A stretch of 64,000 nucleotides of DNA, taken from Octopus vulgaris. Taxonomy: Eukaryota. Position 1 is the stretch's first letter. Every line of letters begins with the position of its first letter. The notes below the pieces were generated by a model that saw nothing but the letters and a program-made list of their open reading frames with translations, searched no databases and was not told the DNA's origin. This document shows, piece by piece, positions 52,703 to 64,000 of the stretch. Position numbers and translations under genes: made by a program. The stretch spans positions 38,998,001-39,062,000 of the forward strand of contig OX597839.1 in assembly GCA_951406725.2 (NCBI GenBank), given 5' to 3'.

Positions 52703-53384
52703 CCCTATATATATATATATATAGGGACAAACAGATGTACATCATGAACAATACAGAGCATATTGGTTTTTCACGCTTACCAGAGTATATACGTATGTTC
52801 ATATATGCGCACGCTCATATATATATATATATATGTGTGTGTGTGTATGTGTATGTGTGTGCACATATAAATATGTATATATATATGTGTGTGTGTGAAT
52901 ATATATAAGACATTCATAAAAGCATAAAAGAATGTATCAAGAATATTAGATTATATACATGAACTTCTTTTGCGTATTTGTATATGTATATACACTTATC
53001 TATATTTATATACAATAGCTAGAAACACACACATACACACTCTATGTATGTATTTTTATGCATATACATTGAATATGCGAATGCAAATATATATACATAT
53101 AATGCGACTTAATATAAATCTAGTATGAGATAAGGAAAGGAAAACACATACATATACATATATATACACGCTCGCCCATATACATACACATATATATATA
53201 TATATATACATGGAAGTGAGAGAAAGAAAGAGGGCTATGAGCTGATGATAGATCTATCAAAACGATTATCGATCTCTTGATATATTTACACACCATTTTG
53301 TTTCTTTTAATCAATCATCGAAGTCTCCTCAACCGCTACGTTAACCACCACTATAGATAGACACGAACCACTAATATCTATCTA

Positions 53385-53440
<56 letters not shown>

Positions 53441-53485
53441 GATATATTGATATTTACCCCACTCACGCACACTTATATATAGGTG

Positions 53486-53529
<44 letters not shown>

Positions 53530-53584
53530 CTTGCATATATAAATATATTTGTATGTGTAAAAAACATTGTAGTCTATATGTACA

Positions 53585-53640
<56 letters not shown>

Positions 53641-54091
53641 TACATACATACATACATACATACATATACATATATGCGCACGCACATACAATCATGTGTA
53701 AACGTGTGCACAGACACACGCACACACAACACACATTTTAAATTCCTTCTTTATTTTCCCGTTTTTCCCCACATATTTTGTTTGTCCGTGCAATTCTTCT
53801 CCCCGACAACTCCCGCGATGTCTCTCACCCGTTCGCCACTTCCCTCTTTTTTTTCTTTCTTCCTCTCTATCTGCCATAAACACCTACCATCAACAACAAC
53901 AACAACGACATCAACAACAACGGCCATAACAATAACAATAACAACAACAACAATAGTCAGCGGTTCCACATAATAAACATTCTCTTGTCCATTGGATGTA
54001 CAGATGGAGCATGAAATCGTCTCACTCTGCTGAACAGCTTGATCGATCCATTTACTATACACACATAAAGACATACGTATGTATAGTGTGT

Positions 54092-54138
<47 letters not shown>

Positions 54139-54563
54139 TATATCAACAGTTATCGATATATTCATACATATATTTTTATATATACTGAATCTATAATACA
54201 ATGGAATCTATAGTATATACATATGTATAGATGCATATGAATACGTGCGTATATGAAATAAATATATTACACACACACATGTATATATTATATATAAATA
54301 TAGATAAAGATATACTGATATATACCTAGGCATTTATAGATAGATTTGTTCATACACACACACATATATACACATACACATGGTATATTATCCGCGTATG
54401 TGCTTATGAGTGAAAATGGCAGAAATAGAGATAGAGAGAGAGATATGCATGCAAGTCAATATAAGAAATATATTTTTATTAACTAATACGAGTTATTAGT
54501 ATATTATTATTATTATTATTAACCAATACTTAATGTGTATGTATAAGTATATATATATATATA

Positions 54564-55033
54564 TACAAGGTGGTATCAAAAAGTTACCGGACTAGTTCTG
54601 TAGCGCGCCAACAGATGGCAGCAAACGATTTCGCGCGCAGCGAGAGGTAGCAGTGATCTTCATGAGATATTGTGCCAAGTAACATCGTTGTGCTTACTTC
54701 ATAAGTTAACACAGAGACATTGAGGCTTCTTCAGCAAAGTTACTGCGACGAAGCAGCAGTTGTCACAATGGAAGAGGCCCCATCTCCAGAACTGAAGAAG
54801 GCACAACAAAACCGCAGCTCATTCAAGAGCATGCTTATAGTTTTTTTACGATATCCGCAGTACTGTGCATAGGGAATTTGTTCCACAGGACCAGACTGTC
54901 AATTGAGAGTTCTACTGCATGGTTTTGAAGCGTTTTAGGGAGGACATTCGGTGAAAGCGACCGGATCTGTGGAGAGCAAAGAATTGGATTCTTCACGACG
55001 ACAATGCATCCTGTCATTGAGCTCTCCTCACTG
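54564..55033 (+). mobile_element. mariner element: left TIR plus decayed transposase, truncated by a SINE
   Basis: TA-CAAGGTGGTATCAAAAAGTTACCGGAC terminus; KSMLIVF.YDIRSTVHREFVPQDQTVN*EFYCMVLKRFREDIR*KRPDLWRAKNWILHDDNA. Confidence 0.9.
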
Positions 55034-55225
55034 AAGCAGGCCAACAGAAGAAAGAGTCAGCGAAAGAGTACAGCAGGGATCGCTCCCCACCCCCACTGCC
55101 GGAGCCTCGTGGAGCTTTAGGTGTTTTCGCTCAATAAAGACTCACAACGCCCGGTCTGGGAATCGAAACCGCGATCCTACGACCGCGAGTCCGCTGCTCT
55201 AACCACTGGGCCATTGCGCCTCCAC
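55034..55225 (-). mobile_element. SINE family A, 3'-truncated, same tail type as the 16722 copy
   Basis: Head nearly identical to 3300-3418; ends in CTGTTGGCCTGCT as at ~16889. Confidence 0.88.
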
Positions 55226-55893
55226 ACACACACACATATATATATATGTACGAATTTGGAATTGTATTTACTTGCTCGTCCACATCCACACGTACGTATA
55301 ACTACTAGGTGATATTGATATTTACCAGGTTATAGTGAGGTCCTATGTATGTACGCCCATGTCTACAATATTCAACCTATATACCTATCTATCTATCTAT
55401 CTATCTATCTATATATCTGTCTATCTATGTATGTCTGTCTGTCTTGCCGTCTTTCTACCTACCTACCTATCAATCTATCTAGCCATCCATTCATCCGTCC
55501 AAGCATCCACCATTGCCACGTGGTGTTGAGGAACGGCACATATAAAGTGTATTATAATTCAAATTCTTCCATTTAATTTTCAAATTTCGCCACTGCTAAG
55601 TTTCAGGTTCCATATGTATTTACACAGCACTGTAACTTTTGAATCCCGGAAAGAAGTATGCTTCACTTAACAGTATTGAATCCAGTCTGTGTCATGGCAA
55701 TGTATTGTTTGATCATATTTAGAAAGATCAGTGAGTATATTCTGATAAAAATGAAGTATGTTGCAATGAGCTTCCTCTTTCTTTTTATACTGAAGGACTG
55801 AAATAGACGTCATGGTGCTGAACAAACATGACCTCAACCTAGTGATTTACAACAGTATATATATATGTGTGTGTGTGTGTGTGCATATGGATG

Positions 55894-55928
<35 letters not shown>

Positions 55929-56248
55929 ATATATATATATGCATGTGTATGTATGTATGTATATATATATATATATATAAATTTGTTAAGATTTGTCGCG
56001 CTTTGCTTATTTGTTCTTCTTCTTCATCTCTCTCTCTCTCCATATATAAATTGGATCTCTTCTTGTCAGGTGTCCGAGATGAACCTACCTCACGACAGGA
56101 AACACAGATGCGAGCAGCGGCATAGAACTCCCTTGTTGATCAAGTGCCACGTATCAGAGGTGGTTTCACATACTAGTGTAGCCCATTCAACGGTGGTGCC
56201 CCAGCATGGCCGCAGCCTTTGGGCTGAAACATCTTTAGGGATTTAAGG

Positions 56249-56279
<31 letters not shown>

Positions 56280-56335
56280 TGCGTACACATTGATATCGAA
56301 CATTGCATCGGCGGGTAAAAATTCTTTATTTGTGT

Positions 56336-56444
56336 GTTAACAAGGCACCATCGATTTCATGCCGAGAGAATTCTCAGCAAGATTGAGACGAGCAATAATT
56401 GCTGAGAATTCACTTGACACGAAACCAATGGTAGCCTTGTTAAC
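56336..56444. repeat. ~110-bp imperfect palindrome
   Basis: GTTAACAAGGC-ACCATCGATTTCATGCCGAGAGAATTCTCAGCAA versus the reverse complement of the right arm GTTAACAAGGCTACCATTGGTTTCGTGTCAAGTGAATTCTCAGCAA; ~18-nt loop. Confidence 0.85.
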
Positions 56445-56497
56445 CCGCAAATTAATAAAAGTATACATGTATATGTATACGTATTTATATACCTACG

Positions 56498-57162
56498 TCT
56501 GTGTTTGTCCTCCAGTAACGCTTAACAACCTCTGATCGCTTGTTTTCGTCCCCGTAGCTGAGTGGTTCGGCCATAATGAGCGTTAGAATAAGTATCCGGC
56601 TTAAAACAACAAAATAAGAATTGTTGTTGATTTTTTTCGACTAAAACCTTTTAAAGCAGTGCCCCAGCATGGCCACAGTCCAATGACTGAAACAAGTAAA
56701 TGATAAAAGATATACACCTTTAAAAGGCATAATTTTTTCTACTCTGGGTAGAAGACCCGACATTTTTAGGGAGGAGCCAGTCGATTAGATCGACCCCAGT
56801 GCGGAGCTGGTACTTAATTTATTGACCCTGAAAAGATGAAAGGCAAAGTTGACCTCGGCAGAATTTGAACTCAGAACATAAAGTTAGGCGAAATAACTCT
56901 AAGCATTTCGCCCGGTGTGCTAACGTTTCTTATTTCTTTATTGCCCACAAGGGGCTAAACATAGAGGGGACAAACAAGGACAGACAAAGGGATTAAGTCG
57001 ATTACATCGACCCCAGTGCGTAACTGGTACTTAATTTATCGACCCCGAAAGGATGAAAGGCAAAGTCGACCTCGGCGGAATTTGAACTCAGAACGTAACG
57101 GCAGACGAAATACCACAAAGCATTTCGCGCGGCGTGCTAACGTTTCTGTCAGCTCACCGCCT
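56498..57162. mobile_element. SINE B 3' half (plus, 56498-56710) and two joined SINE C copies (minus, 56735-57162)
   Basis: Diagnostic family motifs as above. Confidence 0.85.
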
Positions 57163-57621
57163 TCTTTAGAAGACATAATGCCGTGGAATTATCTGAGGTA
57201 AAATCTCTTAGACTTGATGCGTTAAAAAAATCACCTGAAGGAATCATGTAGAATGGGAAATATTGGACTAGCGATGAAGAGAATCGACGGCTTCGACCGA
57301 AGAAATAATATAAAATTCCTTCCTTTTAGTCGTGTACATATCTGCATCTTTCTTTCTCTAATATATATATATATATATATCTACGTATGTGTACGTGAGC
57401 GTGGAGATGAGGAGGGACGTGTACGACAAACACGGGGACATGATAAATTCGAAACTGAGAAAGAAATACAAAAACAAACAACACATTTGGAGTATATTAT
57501 GTAATAATGATAGAGATTGGAAGCCAAGAAAGAAATCAAATCGATGATCATCTCCCTTTCCCTCCGCGACCATCTCTCTTCCCTACTCTTTCAGTGTTTC
57601 AACTATTTCTATCTGTCCAAC

Positions 57622-57666
<45 letters not shown>

Positions 57667-57739
57667 CAAGATACATAGATATTACATAAATATGTGTGTG
57701 TGTGCATATAAACTCAAAGACACACATATCTATATAGGT

Positions 57740-57781
<42 letters not shown>

Positions 57782-58136
57782 CACAATCAGTCATATATCT
57801 ACATATTTATAGATATCTGTTTTTATCTACATGTATACATTTTCTTATGTAGGTAAAGCTTATACATACTTATCAATGCCTATATATTTTCATGCACATA
57901 TATATATATTTATATACATATACAATACACACATATATATACATACATATATATATGTGTGTGTGTGTGTAAACATATAGGTATATATAGGTGCATGTAT
58001 TGTATAAAAATGTGTAGGTACGATTATATATATATGTATATATATATATACACACATACATACTGTGAATAGATTATATACAAATATTACAGGATTTTAT
58101 CTTATGTATACACACTCATCACTCGTTTTCTATATG

Positions 58137-58182
<46 letters not shown>

Positions 58183-58322
58183 TCATGCGCAATGCATGTG
58201 TAAATCTATTCTAATACATTGATATATGTGACTTTTGTTTTTTCGCATATCTTATCTCTCTTTTCTGCTTCTTTTTCACTGTCTCTTGGCAAATCTGTGT
58301 ACGAGTGTACATACATATACCC

Positions 58323-58368
<46 letters not shown>

Positions 58369-58449
58369 ATGTATTATACACGTAGAAACATACATACGTA
58401 GACATGAGCATTCACATTAAGCAAGCCTAAACAGTAGCTTACATACATG

Positions 58450-58489
<40 letters not shown>

Positions 58490-58492
58490 AAC

Positions 58493-58540
<48 letters not shown>

Positions 58541-58624
58541 ACATTCACATATATACATACATTTATATTTTTGGCACACAGTTGCGTATGTATGCATGAA
58601 TACATATATACATTTGTCTATGTC

Positions 58625-58678
<54 letters not shown>

Positions 58679-59098
58679 CATACATACATACACACATGTA
58701 GCACTGAGAGATTTACCACATATTTGTTAAGATATTGATGTCTTTGTTTAAAGATTATGGGCGAAATATCTTTTCATCTTTTCATGTTACTATCCTTGTT
58801 ATTACACTTATTTATTATTACTGTATGTATTTTTTTTTTGTGTTTCTGCTGTTGTTGCAGTTATTGTTGTTGTTGTTGTTGTTCTCATCGTATTAATGTT
58901 GTTGTTGTTGTTGTGGTTATAGTTGTAAATGTTATTGTTGTTAATGATGTTGTTTTAGGCTACTTGAGTTATGGATTTTCAAAATGGCTGCCTTCAGTTT
59001 TGCTTTAATAGAGTGAATGGGCTGTATATCTTTAGTCGATTTAAGTAGATTTTGCTTTGTCATTCATTCATTTAATGGGATATGTATGTACGTGTGCT

Positions 59099-59220
<122 letters not shown>

Positions 59221-59800
59221 AATGGGGATATATATGTACAGACGTATTTCATGTGTATATATGTACATATATGCACATATATTCGTGTATAAGTGAGCAT
59301 GTACTTGTGTATATATATATATATATATATATACACGAATGTACATGTACACACACACATATATAGACGTATATATCGTACACACACACACACATACACA
59401 CACATACACACACATATATATATATTCTATCCATATTTATCGCTTTCTTCATTTAATTCTTTGAATTGTTGAATTCTTCCAATAACTTAGAAGTTAAACC
59501 AAGTTCCATCACAAAAATTCAGACCTTAACCATTGTAAAAAAATCACGTTTGAACTTAGAAGAAGTCTTGCATATTTTTACCGTTCCACTTTGTTCCACA
59601 AACTGTATTTTCAGGAAAAATACTTAGCTGTTGGTAATCTTCAATGCCTGAACTGAAAACTCTCGATCTTTTAATATCTATTGAAGTTACATGTATTATC
59701 TAAAACAGTATGATTCGGCTCGGTGGTACTTAAAGTTTCGCGGGCTTCTAACACTAAATGTGCTGAGTGCCCTTTTCTTTCGTTTGTCCACTCACTCGCA

Positions 59801-59969
59801 TCGCTAGCCACTACACATTCTTTATTTTTTCCCCTTGTTTCTTTCTGTGGAAGAGCGTAGGCTCGAAACGTTAAAGATTTTTCATTTCCCGAGCGTTAAA
59901 CTAACACATCTGTTTGTTTTCTACACCACCTGTCTTCGTCTTTTGTTTTTCTTTTGTGAATTCTTCCCC
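59801..59969 (+). mobile_element. ~165-bp interspersed repeat with variant minimal hammerhead-like motif (copy 2)
   Basis: Homologous to 36750-36917; tcttt-ctgt-GGAA-GAGC-gtag-GCTC-GAAAC-GTT-aaaga. Confidence 0.7.
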
Positions 59970-59970
59970 T

Positions 59971-60036
<66 letters not shown>

Positions 60037-60799
60037 GAGTTCATTATCTAATGCGTTCTTGTTTTGTAAACCCAGGTCAGCTCTGGGAAAGTAAACCTCA
60101 GGTAAAAGATGTTCCTGGTGTGACGATCCTGTCATTTATACTAGACATGTATATCTAAACTTAGTGAAAGTTTTGCGTATTTTTACTGTTCCATTTTCAA
60201 ACTGTTTTCGCAGCATTCAAACTCAATGATTGGTAATCTTCTGTGCCTGACTTGAAAACTCGAGCTTTTTTGTAATTAAGTTAAGGTTTTTGGTCAGTCA
60301 TTTTCTATGTTTATCTCACATACGGATTGCCGTGTATAATGTTTTAGTAATAATGTTATGTCGCATAGGAAATTAACATTATGATGATATTTATTAGGAA
60401 GATCTTGATCACATGTGTAATAACCTTTATCATTTTTTACTCGAAGCCAGGTAAGTTCCGTAGGTTGCTCCGAGGCGAAGGGTTATGTGAAATATTTGAG
60501 ATTTTCAGTCGTATATTTACAGTTTAAAAGCATTGTTGGTCGTTTTTGTTTCCTCATGCTATCATATTGAAAAAGAATGTTAACAACATTGCCGATAAGA
60601 AATACTTTGTGGCAGCGTCCTCTATGCTAAATACAAATATGGTAAGTCACTTTACTATGAAACTGATATCGAATCTAAAAACTTCAATCGGTTAAAATTA
60701 CCAAAGCATTTAGTAGATAAAACTCCCCTTAGTGGTGTTTAAAATCTAAAAAGATCACAGACAAGGGAGGTATTGCCCAGACAATGTCGTACGCTTCCA

Positions 60800-60940
60800 C
60801 TCTTCCGTGAAAAATGTCCAGCCATGAAAATAGGTGAGTGTTGGTTACAGGAAGGGCATCCGGCCGTAAAAAATCTGCCTCAACAAATTCCATCTGACCC
60901 ATGCTACTATGGAAAAATGGGAGGTTAAATCGTTAATGAT
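60800..60940 (+). mobile_element. Probable retroposon 3' tail fragment
   Basis: CAGGAAGGGCATCCGGCCGTAAAAAATCTGCC...GTTAAA resembles RTE-associated SINE/LINE 3' ends. Single copy here, recognised from memory only. Confidence 0.45.
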
Positions 60941-61231
60941 GTTAACAGAGAATGCACAGTGGAGTGAAACTGGTTGTCATAGTATACGGCTTTGTGTAGC
61001 AGTTTCGAGTTTATGAGAGACTACACTTGTCTATTTAGAAATACATTAGGTAATAATGTATTTCTAATTAGACAAGTGTAGTCACTCATAAATAATTATG
61101 TAGCAGGTCATGTAACAACGTAGTGTCTGCTCTGCTTAGTTTCCGGGTCGTCAGTAAGCTTTAAGTCAACAGACCCTACGATCAAAGACGTTTCAGGCGT
61201 GACCATCCAGTCCTAATATTAGGCATATATA

Positions 61232-61663
61232 AGACAGCGAGCTGGCAGAAACATTAGCACGCCGGGTGAAATGCTTAGTGGTATTTCGTCTGCCGCTACG
61301 TTCTGAGTTCAAATTCCGCCGAGGTCGACTTTGCCTTTCATCCTTTCAGGGTCGATTAAATAAGTACCAGTTACGCAGTGGGGTCGATTTAATCGACTTA
61401 ATCCGTTTGTCTGTTCTTGTTTGTCTCCCCTGTATTTAGTCACTTTTGCCGAACCGCTCGGTTATGGAGACGTTAACAGACCAATACCGGTTGTCAAGCG
61501 GTATGGGGACTAAATACATGCACACACACACACCTCCGTATATACGACAGGCTTCATCCAGTTTCTGCCTACCAAATCCACTTAAAGGCACTGGTCAACA
61601 CGAGTTTAGATCAGCGAACCCGAAACTACGGGATCGCAAAGCGAGCTTCTTAACCACACAGCT
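61232..61663. mobile_element. SINE C (plus, 61232-61440) abutting a diverged SINE B (minus, 61443-61663)
   Basis: Diagnostic family motifs as above. Confidence 0.85.
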
Positions 61664-61910
61664 CTAACTCCATGATCGAATTTGTCCTATATTTTTTAGA
61701 TTGCTAAGTTGTAATCTAAAGGAAATTTGGTTGCTATTTCTAACACTTTGTGCGTCCACATAAAAAAGGCTCCCTGTGACTGCTACAGATGGGTTTGGTT
61801 TCTCATTGCTGTTATTGTTTTTCTGTTATTGCCCATGTTAATGCTGTTGTTGGCTGTGGATAATTTTATTGCTTCAACCGGTTATTTTCCTCGCTTTTGT
61901 CCCGGTCCGA

Positions 61911-62026
61911 TGGTAGTCGTCGTCGTCGTCGTCATCGTAGTAGTAATAGTAGTAGTAGTAGTAGTAGTAGTAGTAACAGAAGCAGTTGCAGTAGAAGTAA
62001 CAACAGTAGTAGTAGTAGTAGTAGTG

Positions 62027-62070
<44 letters not shown>

Positions 62071-62098
62071 GGTGGTGGTGGTGGTGGTGGTGGTGGTG

Positions 62099-62138
<40 letters not shown>

Positions 62139-62605
62139 CTACAGCAATAGCACCACCATCATTAGAGTCAGCAAACCGCCAACTCATCACTTTTATCATC
62201 ACTACCCTACGTCACCACTGCAACCACTACTATTTTAACGTCACCACCACTACTACAGCTTCTACTACCATTACGACCACTATTATTACTATTATCGTTA
62301 CCACCACCACCACCACCACCATCATCACCGTCGCTGCCTACACCGCTGTCGCCACCAATCCTACCATGAACATCACCTCTAACATACTGCCACCACGAAT
62401 ACCACAACCATCTCTAAAGTGACCACCACCACCACCACGGCCACAGGCGTAACCATTTCGACCAATGTCACCTCCCACGACGACCACCACCTCAACGACG
62501 ACACCAGCACTACACTATTACCACCACGATTACCGTACTCCTACCACCACCATTACTACCTCTACTTCCTTCACCACCACCACCACTACCACCATTACCA
62601 CCACC
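61911..62605. repeat. (GTA)n/(GGT)n tract followed by a degenerate (CAC)n/(CTA)n tract
   Basis: Directly visible; strand polarity switches near 62140. Confidence 0.9.
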
Positions 62606-63068
62606 TCCAGTTGTGTGTAATGATTATAGTATCCCAGCATGCTCCAGGTGACAATTCAGTTATTGGTTTCGAACAGGAAATTAAATGATCAATGAGTATT
62701 GTTCTAACATGTCTCAGTATCAAAGCTTGTAGTAGTCGTAGTAGTAGTATTTTAGGGGGATGGTGGTGGTGGTGGTGGTGGTGGTTTATAAATTCATCAA
62801 TTACAACACGAATAACCACATAACCATACGTATATTCGCTAATGGCCACTGCACAAGGAAGTCTGTATAATATTAGTGTAGCGAAATAGCAGCTAAATTT
62901 TCCTCCAAATCACATTCTGCACTTCGTTAAGTCAAGGTAGATGTAGAAAAACAGAAATCTGAAATGGAACAGCAGCGACAACCTTTCTTGTAATGTTGCT
63001 CTTTAGAAGAGTGGAATACAAAGAATAGAAAGAGACACATATAAAGTGAGAGCCATGGATATGTAAGT

Positions 63069-63127
<59 letters not shown>

Positions 63128-64000
63128 AAGAGCGAGACAGACAAAGAGAAAGAGCTGGAACCGATGGTGATGACAGTAACCGTACGTTTGTGTGACGTCA
63201 AACTGTTATTCTTTCTTCACCTTCAGTTCTCTGATTTTCCGTCTTTCTTTATTGCTCTCTGTGAATTTATTTAGGATAGTGGAACAGAGAAAAATAGAAA
63301 ACGAGAGACAGACATGCAGATGGAGATATAGACTGATAGATTGAGAAACAGAGGTGGGAGAGTGATAGTGTCGACGGTGGCAGATTGACAACTGAATACC
63401 ACAGTCATTCACATAAATAACAGATTGTTGAGAAACCCTTTTTCTTGTTAGGGAAATAGTAATATACTTTACACTGAATTTATTTTCGGAAAGATTACGG
63501 TGTGGATTTTACACACAAGCACACACACAAAACAGCACAGCGCAGTTATCTTTGTGAGTATATAAACCCACAAGCCTCACACGCTTGGTACTATAATAAG
63601 GTGCTGTTGCTAGCGTGTCTGTCTTTCTTTTTCTCTTTTAATCCTGCCTTGGCACATTCCAAAATATCTCATCAACCTCTGTTATCTTTCATAACCTAAC
63701 AACACCTTTTTAGAGAGTAAAATGGATTCAAATTTGGAAGTACAGCTGAGGTATATTTCACTTACAAGAAACCCCCTTACCTGCCAAAAAACTACAAAAA
63801 ACACTATACCCTCGGATAAAAGTAACCTTGTGATATACAATTGCTGAAGCACAACATATAAAAACCTAATTAAGATAATTACTTGCCTTCAAAGTTTGTT
63901 CTTATCGGTCCCCCTCCCCCTCACAAAAAAAGGTCGCAAGTTGGCAAACTCTTACGGGTGCAAGAAAAATATTCTTTGCTATACTTGTTTTGACATTTTA

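Overview
Eukaryotic, AT-rich, non-coding (intergenic or intronic) DNA. The microsatellite density and SINE families suggest an octopus or other coleoid cephalopod genome; that is an inference from repeat content. I can support no intact host protein-coding gene, rRNA, true tRNA or CRISPR array, and almost all ORFs in the track are translations of microsatellites. Contents: (TA)n, (CA)n, (AAT)n, (GAT)n and (GTA)n arrays; many copies of four tRNA-derived SINE families (my labels A-D); decayed Tc1/mariner transposase fragments and MITEs; RTE and R4/Dong LINE fragments; and Penelope-like retroelement (PLE) remnants (RT motif, GIY-YIG C-terminus). The most interesting signal is a set of about ten unrelated type I hammerhead ribozyme motifs, two with a complete catalytic core (2220-2270, 15139-15186). 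Next are a 1-kb highly diverged array with a strict 33-bp period beside a PLE remnant, and a SINE insertion that captured an inverted copy of its own target flank. I do not see a clearly novel system; these are leads needing computation. All alignments and folds were done by eye.
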